A stretch of 64,000 nucleotides of DNA, taken from contig NC_092678.1 of NCBI RefSeq assembly GCF_964355755.1, forward strand, positions 13,886,352 to 13,950,351, given 5' to 3'. The notes under the pieces are model-generated. The model was not told where the DNA came from. It made no database searches and worked only from the letters and a program-made list of their open reading frames with translations. The position numbers and the translations under genes are program-made. The stretch is from Antedon mediterranea. Lineage: Eukaryota > Animalia > Echinodermata. Of the stretch, positions 38,961 through 51,277 are shown piece by piece; position 1 is the stretch's first letter; every line of letters starts with the position of its first letter.

Positions 38961-40793
38961 AACTAGAATTTAATTCGTCACTTTGACGAATTATAGGTGA
39001 TCATTTTTATCATTTTAATGAAATTAAAACTTTTTAAACATGCACGTACGTTAACATACGATCGTAAAAAGTTGATGTACGCCATCCTATGACATGATGC
39101 ATACGCTTATAGTGCTGAGTTGTGCCTATTATATGCCATATACAATATGTACAGTATATACTGTATATCTATATACAGTGTAGCATAGGTGAAATTACGG
39201 GACCCACATCATGTTCTAATTTTTTGGTATGATGGAATTATCAAAATAAACTCAAGGATGAGAATTTTGAAAGATAATGAATTGAGGAAATAAATATAAG
39301 AATTGCAAGAGAATCTGGCACGTAGAAGCGCTGTGCGCGCTCTTTGAAATTTGTATAACTTTGACGAAAAAGATGAAAAAAACTACTTTATAACTTCATC
39401 TGGCCATATGTTAACGTCACAACATCCGATAGGCTTGGTTTTTATATGAATTCATATCTACATTTCAATTAGCTTTTATAATAAATTATAATCATCAAGG
39501 TAACCTTCAATTCTGAAGAGCTGTAAGATATTCAAATTTAAGGCAAAGGTGAAATTACACGACCTACGTTATTCAAGTTTTTACGCGTGATGACGTCATC
39601 AAAATGAAAACACAGACAACTTATGATAAAGATAAATAATTAAGCAAGCACACACTGAAATTTGTGCGAAAATCGAGCTCAAATAGCGGAGATGCGCTCT
39701 ATTGAATGTGATAACCTACACAAAACAGAAAAAAATCCTAATTTTTAAATTCAAGTGGCCATTTGATGACGTAATACCATTTTGTACGTCTAATGTGTAT
39801 ATACATTTATATCTACAACTCAATGGCTTCCCGAATAAGTTAAAAAACTTAGGGGTCATCGTGCATTCTGAAGAATTATTTTATTTTTATTTTTCATAAT
39901 TTTCAGCACTTTTATGCAATTAATGTGCGCATTTTGTCATTTTTAACATGCTCGTATAGCGTTATTTTAAGTCGGAACGGACTCAAATTTGGTGAATGTA
40001 CTAAGGATGGTGAGTAGAATGCGATTTCTAAAAAAAAATTCGTATTTTTACGCTTTTTAAGAATTGCGCATTTTTGCAAAGTAATTTTTTGAAACACGCA
40101 AATAGCCTAATTCATGCTCTAAATTGATCAAAACTTAATTTTGAGCTTTTTAAATTTTTAACGCGCGATTTCACGCGTATGACCTTACGTGTGCGTGCCT
40201 TTTATTGGTTAATATATTTACCTTTTACCTGAAGTTTACGTATTGTGAATTTTATTGATATGTGATAAAGAGTTATGGCGATATGATTGATAATGTGATT
40301 TAACAAAATGGCGTATAAATGACGTCACGGTTGAGTGATCACGCTAAAAAGCTTATTATGATTAAGTTACAGTATTTGAAAGATATTGTGAAACTTTTGT
40401 CATCTTCAACATTAAACTTTTTGAGATAATTTAACGCGTGATTTCACGCGTATGACCTTACGTGCGCGTGCCTTTTATTGGTTAATATATTTACCTTTTA
40501 CCTGAAGTTTACGTATTGTGAATTTTATTGATATGTGATAAAGAGTTATGGCGATATGATTGATAATGTGATTTAACAAAATGGCGTATAAATGACGTCA
40601 CGGTTGAGTGATCACGCTAAAAAGCTTATTAGGATTAAGTTACAGTATTTGAAAGATATTGTGAAACTTTTGTCATCTTCAACATTAAACTTTTTGAGAT
40701 AATTGTTACACAAAATCTGTACAGAGAGAAATAAAGAATAAAGATTTCATACAATAACAATAGGTGATCATTTTATTCTAAATGATCACCTAA
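38961..40793 (+). mobile_element. Second HINE-like element, with internal 273-bp tandem duplication
   Basis: aactaga start; taggtgatcattt near the 5' end and as 3' hairpin; duplication 40158-40430 / 40431-40704. Confidence 0.7.
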
Positions 40794-40897
40794 TTACCTC
40801 ATAAATATAGAATGAAAATTCAAATAAAAACCTTACAAACCAGAGGTATTTTACCTTGAAAATATTTATAAACTATAAAATATTCCCTCTGTGATGT

Positions 40898-41302
40898 TGC
40901 CATATTATTTATGTTCTGATTCCCTGTGTTTAGATAAGGATGCTTGAGACCAGGTCCGCCTAATATTATTAGCCTATCAAAATCGTATAACTTTGGAGGG
41001 AAAATGTTATCCTCCTCTGAAGCCTAAAATGTGCATGTCCAGTATAAAAGTGGAATGTAATAGATATTAGAGGGAGAAGAGAGAATAAGATCAAAGTAGA
41101 TAAACGGAAAGATGATAAAGAAAATATTAAGGCTTGACTGGTAGTGGTAGAAAGATGTATTAATCGAGTTACAAGGAATAAAAGTTCTAGTTGAGTTAAA
41201 TATACTTTTTGTATGAGTTATCATTCAGTGACAGCAGTGTACGTCGCGTGGAAATATATACGCCTGAGAAAGCTCGGAACCAACTAAAAAATATTCACTA
41301 CA
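40898..41302 (+). repeat. 5' LTR
   Basis: Matches 48466-48870 with about 6 mismatches counted by eye. Confidence 0.95.
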
Positions 41303-41315
41303 TGGTGGCAGCGGT
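41303..41315 (+). promoter_or_regulatory. Primer-binding site (tRNA-Leu-like)
   Basis: TGGTGGCAGCGGT directly after the LTR. Confidence 0.75.
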
Positions 41316-41353
41316 AAAAATTTTTGTTGAAGATACATGATTTAAGTATCAAG

Positions 41354-41384
<31 letters not shown>

Positions 41385-41973
41385 GACAGTGCCTACTCCA
41401 CGGGCCTGTTAAATCAGTAACCAAAAAGTTAAATGGTTACGAAGATCTGGATTCCTGACAGTTTTTATACCGTGCGTTGTTTGGATATTACAACGAAGAA
41501 GAAGTACTGTTGAGCTCACGACTGCTGGATATTCATCGGAGATATATATTCACCGAGATCTGAAAGAAGAAGACTGAAGTAACAGAAGGAAGCCCAGTAA
41601 ATGTTGAGAAGATTTGCAAAGCTGACTTTGTAAACTATTATTATTTCGAAAGTAAATTTTTGTACGGAGCGAACTTGGAACGATGTTTGTGACTTTGAAG
41701 TAAATTAATGTCTTATATTGTATTGCATTTAAAAATTTATGTGGATTTCATATTTTTTACATATCTGAATGGAATCAAGGTAATACAAATACTTTTATAA
41801 CATATTTTGTATACATAAGTTTACATATTTCATTAGTAAAATTGTTATTAGCATGATAGCATGACAACTTTAAGATCGGGTAAAAATATAGATAAGACTA
41901 TGTCAGACAAAGATACTAGGGAAGATATGGTTGACCAAGAAGAGGTTGACAAGTCAATGAAATATATGATAAA

Positions 41974-44351
41974 ATGGCTAGGGATATTGATTTTCCCGAA
42001 ATACCCGGCGGTATGCCTAAAGATATGATGCTCGAATATTTTCGAATGAAGTTCGAGGCCGAAAACAAAAAGTTAGAAATACAATACCAACAAGACCAAT
42101 TAAGATTAGAAGCAGATATAGAGCTAAGAAAAATTGAATCACAAGAAAGAGTGAAAATGATGGAATTAGAAAATAGGTCTAGCTACAGTAATGCTAGGAA
42201 TATAGTAGATGAAATGAAGGTAAAGGTTCCTACTTTGAAGGAATCAGATGATATTGATATATATTTTAGAACATTTGAACACTTGGCAGAAGCCACAGGT
42301 TGGGATAAGAATACGTGGACCGCTAGGTTAGCACCTGAACTGTCTGGTAAAGCTAGGACAGCCTATGCATCCTTAACCGTAAAAGAATGTGTAGATTATG
42401 ATACCTTAAAGAAGGCAATCTTAGAAAAGTATGATGTGTCCGCAGAGACCTACAGATTTAAATTTAGAAATTCAAACAGAGTTAAAGATATGTCCATCAG
42501 GGAATGGCTGAATGAGCTCTCCCATTATTTAAAATGTTGGATGAAATGTGCTAATGTAAAAGAAGATGATGCTGCAGGCATTATTGAAATGATTATAATG
42601 GAACAGGCACTTGATAAAATGCCTGAATATCTGAGGCTTTATCTTAGAGATAAACAAGTAAATAAGAGCTATGATATGGCTATGATAGCCGATGATTATA
42701 TAGCTAATAGAGGGGGTGTCACAAAAGCTCAGACCACGAAAGCTCAGACCCCCTAAGACCTAAGATCACGAAAGCTAAGACCCAACACCTAAGATTACAA
42801 ATATTTATCTTTCGCACCTGCCTTGTATTTTAACTCCCAACATTTATTCTGAATACCACACCTTAGAATTGGCACTTTCATGAAAAAGAATCACATAAAA
42901 AGTAACAAATACATTTTTAAATTGATGATTTTACAGACGTTTTTCTCGCACACAAAATGACTAGCCTACAGTACAGTAGGCCTACCCCATGGGCCATGTT
43001 CAATGTTTTTGTTTCTATGGAACGTCAAAAAAGCAAAAATTATATAGAGGGCTGAAAACTCTGTGGAGTCCATCTACAGTGTGGACGGAACAATGTAAAA
43101 TTAAAATTGTAATGATAATAGTATAATCATGCAAGTACAAAGAAATAAATACTGGCAAATAAATTTTAATTTAAAAATCATGATAAGTTTTTTTGTTTCG
43201 TTTTCTTTCTGTTTTTATACTTGTACTATTATTGTTGCTCTTTTGGCGCTCCATAGAAACAAAAACATTGAGCATGGGGAGCTCGAGGAGTTACATTGTC
43301 ATTACAGTATACAAAGAAACACATCTGTAAAATCATCAATTTAAAGGATTTATTTATTTGTTATTATGTGTTTCTCCTTTTGAAAGTACTTATAAGTCCT
43401 AATTTTAAAGTGTGGTGTTCAGGATAAAGTTAGTCAACAAATTTGGAGTCAAAATACAAGAAAGGCAGGTGCGTAAGAAAAACATCCTCTGAACCAACAC
43501 AATGGAGTAAATATATACCAACAAACAACCCGTCAAGTTTGTTTGTTGTAAAGAAAAAATATACTTTTACTCAACGGGCGAAAATAATGTGAGTTTATCT
43601 ATGTTTTGCGGTAGTATTAAATTATATTTATGGTAATAAATGAAACCTACCTGCTGTGTTTAAAATTATGTATGGATAAACAAGTATTGTTTTTAAGCTG
43701 TAGTATATCTTAGTATTTGTAATCTTAGGTGTTGGGTCTTAGCTTTCGTGATCTTAGGTCTTAGGGGGTCTGAGCTTTCGTGACACCCCTAATAGAGGTG
43801 GCCGTGGCTATTGGAATGCCGTAAATTCTGAAAATAAGCCTACGTGTTATAAGGGCCAAGAAAATAGTAAACCTAAGAATAGTACGACCCAGAATAACCC
43901 TGGAGCTAGGCAGCAAGGATACAATAGGTATCGCGGAAGGGGAGGCAAATTCCATAACTATGGTAGAAATTTCCAACAGAGAGAACCTTCAAATGAATGG
44001 ATTAATGGCCTATGCTTTAATTGTAAGGAGAAGAGACATAAAATAGGGGATTGTCCTAAGATGGTAGCAAAAGGAAAGACTAGTGACACTAAGAAGGGCC
44101 CGAATGTGAAAGATGGCTTCAGATGTGAAGGACTAAAATCAGATAGACCCCAAGTAGTTATAGATAGTGTAGAAAATAAAATGGAGAAATGTACACTACC
44201 AGGAAAATTAGAAGGACAGGATAGAACTATGCTGAGAGACTCGGGATGTACCCAGTCAGCTGTCAAAGAAAGTCTAGTGCCTAACAAATTTTACTTGCCA
44301 GGAAAATGGGTTATGTTAAGAGGTATAGGAGGCGATATTACCGTCCCTTAA
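41974..44351 (+). pseudogene. Gag (SCAN-like region, CCHC knuckle) and protease, interrupted by a MITE
   Basis: YFRTFEHLA..W..L.GKA..Y; after removing 42713-43789 plus one TSD copy the frame continues YIANRGGRGYW..CFNCKEKRHKIGDC..LRDSGCTQS; stop at 44349-44351. Confidence 0.85.
42713..43789. mobile_element. MULE/foldback-like MITE in gag
   Basis: Long TIR ggggtgtcac..aagctcagacc..; 8-bp TSD TAATAGAG. Confidence 0.85.
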
Positions 44352-44428
44352 GCTGAGGTAGCTATAGAAAGTAAGATAGTGACAGGAAAAGTGATTGTAG
44401 CCGTAATCGAAGGATTACAGAGGGGGAC

Positions 44429-46830
44429 ATGTTATTGGGTCATGATTTGGACCAGAATTGTGGGGAAACAATGGCTAAAGAAATGTTCGTCCTAACTAGG
44501 GAGCAAGCCAGAATAAAAAATGATGTTAGAATACAAGACGAAATGATATTGTTAGGGAAAGATAGTAACTTTAAGCCGATAGAAGAGCCGCCTAAAGAAA
44601 CTAATGTACAATTGTTGAAAACAGTAGTAAATGACAACAAAGTAAATAAAACTAAGTGTTTAGATGATATGAATGGAACAGAAATGAATAATTTGTTTGA
44701 CGAAAATGAGGAAAAAGCTAAAGATAAAACAGTCAAACGTAAAACTTATGAACAACAGCACAAGCTGAACCTAACTAAACAAGAACTGATCAAATTGCAA
44801 ACTAAGGATGACTCACTCAAAGGAGTGTTTGACAGGGTAGTCCCTATAGAAGAAATAGGTCAGCATAGGGTATGTTTCTTTATGAGACAAGGTATATTGA
44901 TGAGAAATTGGAGTAGTATTAAAGATAAGAATAACCAAGTGGAACAGATTGTATTACCCACTCAGTGTAGACAGGGTGTATTACACTTAGGTCATAATGT
45001 GCCATTTGCAGGTCACATGGGTGTTGAGAAAACTAAAAGTAGGATCCTGAATCAATTCTATTGGCCAGGTATGTTTAAAGATGTGGTAGTCTATTGTAAA
45101 GTCTGTAAGGAATGCCAAAAGGTAGATAAGGGTAAAAGTAAAAGGAAACATACTTTGATACCATTACCGATTATAAGTACACTATTTAAACGTATAGCGA
45201 TAGACATTATTGGACCCTTATCTAGAACAAGCCGTAATAACAAATATATGCTTACTATAATTGACTATGCTACGAGATATCCGGATGCTATCCCGTTACC
45301 CAATGTTAGAGCTGAAACAGTAGCCAGGGCTCTAATAGAAGTCTTTACTAGAGTAGGATTACCCGAAGAGATTGTAAATGATCAAGGAACTAATTTCATG
45401 TCTTCAATTATGCAATCTATATGTAGTATGTTGGGGATTAATCAATTAAAGACTACAGTGTACCACCCCAAAGCAATGGGCTTGTTGAAAGATTTCACGG
45501 TACATTGAAATATATGATAAGGACACTTACAGTTAAGCAAAGAAAAAATTGGGATAACTACATACCCCCCTTTCTGTTTGCATACAGAGAAGTTCCTAGT
45601 AAAGCGACGGGCCATTCACCTTTTAAATTGCTTTATGGTAGAGAGGTGAGGGGACCCTTGAGTTTACTCAAAAGTAATTGGGTAGAAGATGAAGAAACAT
45701 CTACTGATGTTATCAAATACATGTTAGACATAAGAAAAAAAATGGAGGAATTAATGAAAGATGCTAATGTAAACAAACTTGAACAACAAGAAATTATGTC
45801 CCACAATAGAGACACGTTTCGCGCTCGCGAGGTCACCGTCAGTTTTACCTTTTAGTGGGTATACAATGGTAAACAAACACAGCGAGAGGTATGTTAAAGC
45901 ATGGGAGAACTGAGAGATGATCATCTTAAAAAGCAATCGTCAAAACTAGCCTTTTGATGGAATGGCATGGTAAGGATGTTATTTATTTTCTAAACTTATG
46001 TTTTATATTCACTGTAGAATTATTTGGGCATTTGGTTCGGAATCATCGACTTTATTTATGTATTGTCATTTTTGGTTTGACACATATATATTACAGTGCA
46101 TTTAATACATGTTAACTGTTGATTTTATTTACAAATGTTGAGTAAATATATTAATTATTATCTTTCATTCTTCTTCATGCTCCTATTGCATCTTCCATGT
46201 ATTATGTGATGTTCTTCGGCGCCTAAACAGACACCCAAGCCTCCTAGGCCTAGTAGACGAAGTACCGCATCAGGCAACGCCACCGGGCGGGCGGAGAGCC
46301 ACGAGCACATCGTGGACGTACCTTTCCTTGAAAAATTTCCAAGATTTTGAGCCACTATCCTTCGGAGCCGACGCAAACCACTCAGCAAGTGTTTGAAAAT
46401 TAAAAACAGGAATATTATTCAGTGATTTTGTGTAGTTAAATTCACAATTTATCCAGCATAGGCAACATTTATGATGCACCTTGCAACAAAAGCACTCGGC
46501 AGTCGCCATTTCGCTATGCTTCAACACGCACTAGGGGAGAGGTGTTCGGTTTGTTTACAAATCTATACCCACTATTTCTGATTGGTCGCGAGCGCGAAAC
46601 GTGTCTATTATAACAAGAATGCTATTGATAGAGAATTTGTAGAAGGGGACAAAGTCTTGATATTCCTTCCAGTAGGAAATAGTAAGTTAGACAGTAAATG
46701 GCAAGGCCCCTTCACTGTTACAAAAAAAGGTCAATGATGTAAATTATGAAATATACATAGGAGGTAGAAGAAAAGAAAAACAAATTCTACATGTTAATAT
46801 GTTAAAGAGATGGTGTGATAAAGTAGAAAT
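44429..46830 (+). pseudogene. Integrase (frameshifted, interrupted)
   Basis: H..GH.G, C..C, IDIIGP, DQGTNF, YHP, WQGPF motifs. Confidence 0.88.
45805..46609 (-). mobile_element. ISL2EU/Harbinger-like deletion derivative inserted in the integrase
   Basis: TIR aatag(ag)acacgtttcgcgctcgcga / tcgcgagcgcgaaacgtgtctatt; internal ORF with KSWKFFKERYVHDV. Family assignment is tentative. Confidence 0.65.
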
Positions 46831-46959
46831 AAGTAAAGATGGTTATTATGTAGTAACAAATGTCCAGTCGATAGAAGAAGTAGACTTAAATGAAACAGTC
46901 CATGACAATGAGTTAGATAGTGAAATAGACATAGGATTGTCTTATCATCAATCACAAAC

Positions 46960-48363
46960 ATGGAGAGATGTTAACGTTAGTAGTAATTTAAATGATACAC
47001 AAACTAAACAATTAACAGAATTGTTAAAGTACCAACAGAATGTATTCTCGGATGTACCAGGTAGAAACTCACTTAGTGACACATGAAATTAAGACTAATG
47101 GTGAAATGCCTATAAGGCATAGGGCATATAGAACGCCCCAAGCATTAAAGGGTAAATTGAAAGAAGAATTAGATAGTATGTTGGCTATGGGTATAATAGA
47201 ACCTACAGTTAGTGCCTATGTTGCACCTATTATTGCCTGAAGAAAGGCCAGAATCAAATTAGAATGGTGACAGATTTTAGATCACTAAATAAGACTACAC
47301 AATTTGACCCTTATGTTATGCCTCGCATAGACGAAATGTTGGATGAGGTATCATCCGCAATATAAATAACTACATTAGATCTTACTAAAGAATTTTACCA
47401 GGTGCCTCTGGATCCTAAGACCAAAGACAAATCAGCATTTATTACACAATTTGGACAGTATTGTTACAATGTACTTCCATTTGGTATGCAAAATAGCTCT
47501 AGTACTTTCCAAAGATTAATGGATAAGGTATTACAAGGTACTGAGGGATATGCTAAGGCATATATAGATGACATATGTATTTATAGTCAAACTTGGAAAG
47601 ATCATATTTTTCATTTGAATGATGTATTAGAAAGATTAAGTAGTGCTGGATTGACAGCAAAGCCTATGAAATGTAAAATTGCCTATGCACAGGTAGAATT
47701 TCTGAGGCATAAGATTGGTAATGGAGAAATTAGACCCATGATTGATAAGGTTGAGGCTGTGGAAAAGTTCCCCAGACCTTTGTCTAAGAAACAAGTCCGA
47801 TCATTTCTCGGATTAACGGGCTATTACAGAAAATTTGAACAGAACTATGCCGATATTGCTAAGCCATTGATTGATTTAACTTTAAAGAGTAAAAGTAATG
47901 CCGTTAAGTGGAATGAACAATGTGAAAAGGCCTTTGTAACTTTAAAGAAACGACTTACTGATGATAATGTATTGAAAGCCCCAAATTTTGATAAGATGTT
48001 TATATTGCAAACCGATGCCTCAAATTATGGCATAGGTGCAGTGCTGAGCCAAATAGATGGTGAGGGTAATGACTATCCCATTGTGTATTTAAGTAGAAAG
48101 TTATCTGTACATGAGCAGAGATATTCTGTGCCAGAAAAAGAATGCCTCTCTATTGTTTGGGCTATCAATAAACTTAAGTATTATCTGTATGGTTGTGAAT
48201 TTCAAGTTCATACTGACCACCAGGCATTGAGATGGATGGACTCAATGAAGGGTGCCAATGTTAGACTTTTGAGATGGGCTCTGTTTTTACAGGATATAAA
48301 TTTAAAGTTATTTACAAGAAAGGATCATTAAATGGAAATGCAGATGAATTAAGCCGTGCATAA
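46960..48363 (+). pseudogene. Reverse transcriptase-RNase H (frameshifted)
   Basis: LPFGM, YIDD, FLGLTGYYRKF, TDAS, YSVPEKECL, TDH motifs. Confidence 0.92.
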
Positions 48364-48465
48364 TAATATTATAGAGGTGTTATTAGTAGATAGTTTAAAG
48401 TAAAATGGTTTTAAATGTTAAAATTTTTGGAAAGATTGACACAATCTTTTTCCCAAAAAGGGGAA

Positions 48466-48870
48466 TGTCATATTATTTATGTTCTGATTCCCTGTGTTTA
48501 GATAAGGATGCTTGAGACCAGGTCCGCCTAATATTATTAGCCAATCAAAATCGTATAACTTTGGAGGGAAAATGTTATCCTCCTCTGAAGCCTAAAATTT
48601 GCATGTCCAGTATAAAAGTGGAATGTAATAGATATTAGAGGGAGAAGAGAGAATAAGATCAAAGTAGATAAACGGAAAGATGATAAAGAAAATATTAAGG
48701 CTTGACTGGTAGTGGTAGAAAGATGTATTAATCGAGTTACAAGGAATAAAAGTTCTAGTTGAGTTAAATATACTTTTTGTATGAGTTATCATTCAGTGAC
48801 AGCAGTGTACGTCGCGTGGAAATATATACGCCTGAGAAAGCTCAGAACCAACTAAAATATATTGACTACA
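48466..48870 (+). repeat. 3' LTR
   Basis: Preceded by the PPT and followed by the GATGT TSD. Confidence 0.95.
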
Positions 48871-48954
48871 GATGTACTTACAAGATGCTTGGTAAAGGTA
48901 TTTAGGTACTTTAATGTAATTTTCGACAACATTTCAAATGATGGTCAATGTGAT

Positions 48955-49830
48955 TTTAGTCGTAGTTCGCTCTAAAACTTCATCATAAACCAAACTTCAA
49001 CTAAATTCAGGCCAACCTCGACTAAATCGAGACGGATTTTGATCAATTTTGTTAGTCCTGGAGGGGGCAGGCAAATGGTCAACTAAATGGTTTTTAAACG
49101 ATGTTTATGAAAAACGTAACAGTCATTGAGTTGTTATATTGGCCAGATATTGAAGAATGAAATATCTATTTTTATATTAGCTTAATTAAATATACATTGG
49201 TATAAGTTATAATAATGAAAATCATCTTTATTTACAACTGTATACAAATTACATTATTTTCTTCGCGCAAGTCCGACTTGAACTACGTCATGCCATAGTG
49301 ACAATGGCAGATGCGGAAATTCACCAAGCGATGGAATGTTTAGGGGGCCAAGCGCTTTCTTGTCACGCTATGAAGTACGTGGTTTGTTGCGATCATACTT
49401 TGTTGGGGGCCTAGAAAATATGAAAGTTACCGTACCGCCATGGTTCCTAAATATATTTTGAAGATTTCGTTTGTTGTTAATCAAAAGCACTTCACTGTTA
49501 AATTTATACTGATCTTAATTAATTAATGATTAAAATTATATTTCATGTATATAGTCCTGATGCGTAAAAAGTTTTGTAAGAAAATGGAAAGTGATATCAA
49601 TGCGAAAAATTTCGTCTGCTCCTCAAATACTCTCTTGTAATTGGCCAATGTATAGCCTTTTTTACTCAGACGTGTGCAACTCGACTAAAACCTTGACTTT
49701 GTTAAGTCGAACTGCAAACTTCGACTACTTCGTTTATGAATCAAATTTGAAGTAATAGCTCGAACTACGACTTTTTCAAGTCGAACTTTGAACTACGACT
49801 AAAGTCCGGTTTAAGAATACTAAACTATAG
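48955..49830. mobile_element. Degenerate MITE
   Basis: tagtcgtagttc / gaactacgacta inverted motifs near both ends. Confidence 0.45.
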
Positions 49831-51277
49831 TTTAAGACTCAACGTAATTAAACATAATTACAGCCTACCTTCATCGTTTTCATCAGAATGATCAAGGTGT
49901 TTCTCTTCTTTTTTCTTTTTCCATCATCTTCATCTTCTTCGAACGTTGACGTATCTTCACCTTTCCTTCTCATTTTTTTTGCTAACTCAAAATCAGTTGT
50001 TAATTTGCTTATTTTTCTGATTTTGAATAATTTCCAGTTTTCTCTATCTGGTTGTTCGTGTTTATACGCCAATTTTAAAATGTTTGATCGGCCAACCGGC
50101 CAATGTACTGCTCTGACAATTTGGTTGTCCTAAAAAAAACAATTACAATTCTTTTTTTGCAAAATAGAACATTAACAGCATAATTTTTAGGTTATTTCAC
50201 TTGCAGCAATACAAACTAAAAATAGGACAGCAGTTTACTTGACCTCCTACAGACAGGATTGAACTTTTAATATACTATCACATATTAAACATTGTATTTA
50301 TGTATGTCAAACAACATGAAGCAAACATGTTTTCAGTCTAAATTTTGTATAATTCAATTCAATTCAAATTCAATTATTCACAAACACAGTTCCTACTAGT
50401 ACTTGGTTTCGTCTGTATACTTTTACTATAAACTAATCACACGACTATGGTTTAACTAAAATCATAATTCCTGAATTAAACATTCTTTATGAGTAAGTAA
50501 GCACAAGATGTATGTGTAAGACACATAGCCCATTTCCGACAGGCGTGCTTGCAAAATTATTACCAACATATATTACAAATATTCACATTGGACTATAATA
50601 CCAGGAATCATTCGGTGAAATAGGGTCGAGGTATACCCAGGCAATAAAAAGTTTCTGACAAAATATGAATAATTTATTGATTTATTTTTCTAAATATAGT
50701 ATATTATTCCTCATACATTTTCAGAACACAGTTCTGTGAGAAAGGGGCTTAAGAGAGAGAATAACAAACAATCTAAAAAAAATAGTGCTTACTTACACTA
50801 TCTATCACTTCGGCTAACCATTTCTCTGATATATTTTCAACCGACTCTTCTTCTAATTCTGTGCCTTTAAATATAACTACAGCATATCTTTGTTCCATTC
50901 TGTAAAGTTAAAAAGACTACATGTTATTGCTTTTTTCTCATAAAAAGTCTCATCTTTTTTGTTATGTCCGGTTGTCATAACTCTACATAGTAGCAGGTGC
51001 TCTACATAGATTTTGCCTTAGAAATACTGGTTTCTGAGTGAAAAGATATGTTTGTTTTTAAGTCTTTAAAAAAGGTATCAGATATAAATTAAATAAAAAA
51101 TAAATAAAATTTAATTGTTAACTATTCTACTACATACATACAGTACTGTGTGTAATTGTAACTGATGAAAGTATGGTTGCACATTACGAAACCTCTTTTT
51201 TTTCAAATTAATCTACTATATCACAGTAGGACATACAGGTACAGCTAAGTTAAGATTTCTCAACTTCTTAGAATCAC

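Larger units (their letters stand above)
40898..48870 (+). mobile_element. Full-length Ty3/Gypsy LTR retrotransposon, Gmr1-like (gag-PR-INT-RT-RH), defective
   Basis: Two 405-bp TG..CA LTRs, 5-bp TSD GATGT, PBS, and PPT aaaaggggaa. Confidence 0.95.
34040..50898 (-). pseudogene. Spliced accessory gene of the EnSpm element (DUF4806-like), degraded
   Basis: Exons 50797-50898 (MEQRYAVVIF..EKWL), 49869-50129 (HWP..PDRENWKLFKIR), 37389-37427, 36327-36404, 36108-36247, 34294-34441 (LWSFFNIEG..KKSFKGT), 34040-34133 (EIGKYLKSTP); all with ag/gt ends, several frameshifts. Domain name is from recall. Confidence 0.65.

Noticed and set aside
40893-40897. Same GATGT TSD for the LTR element and the hAT-like MITE
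   Set aside because: Unrelated integrases; a 5-bp coincidence is unremarkable.
41024-41224. Duplicated 66-aa ORF (also 48592-48792)
   Set aside because: Antisense ORF inside the LTRs.
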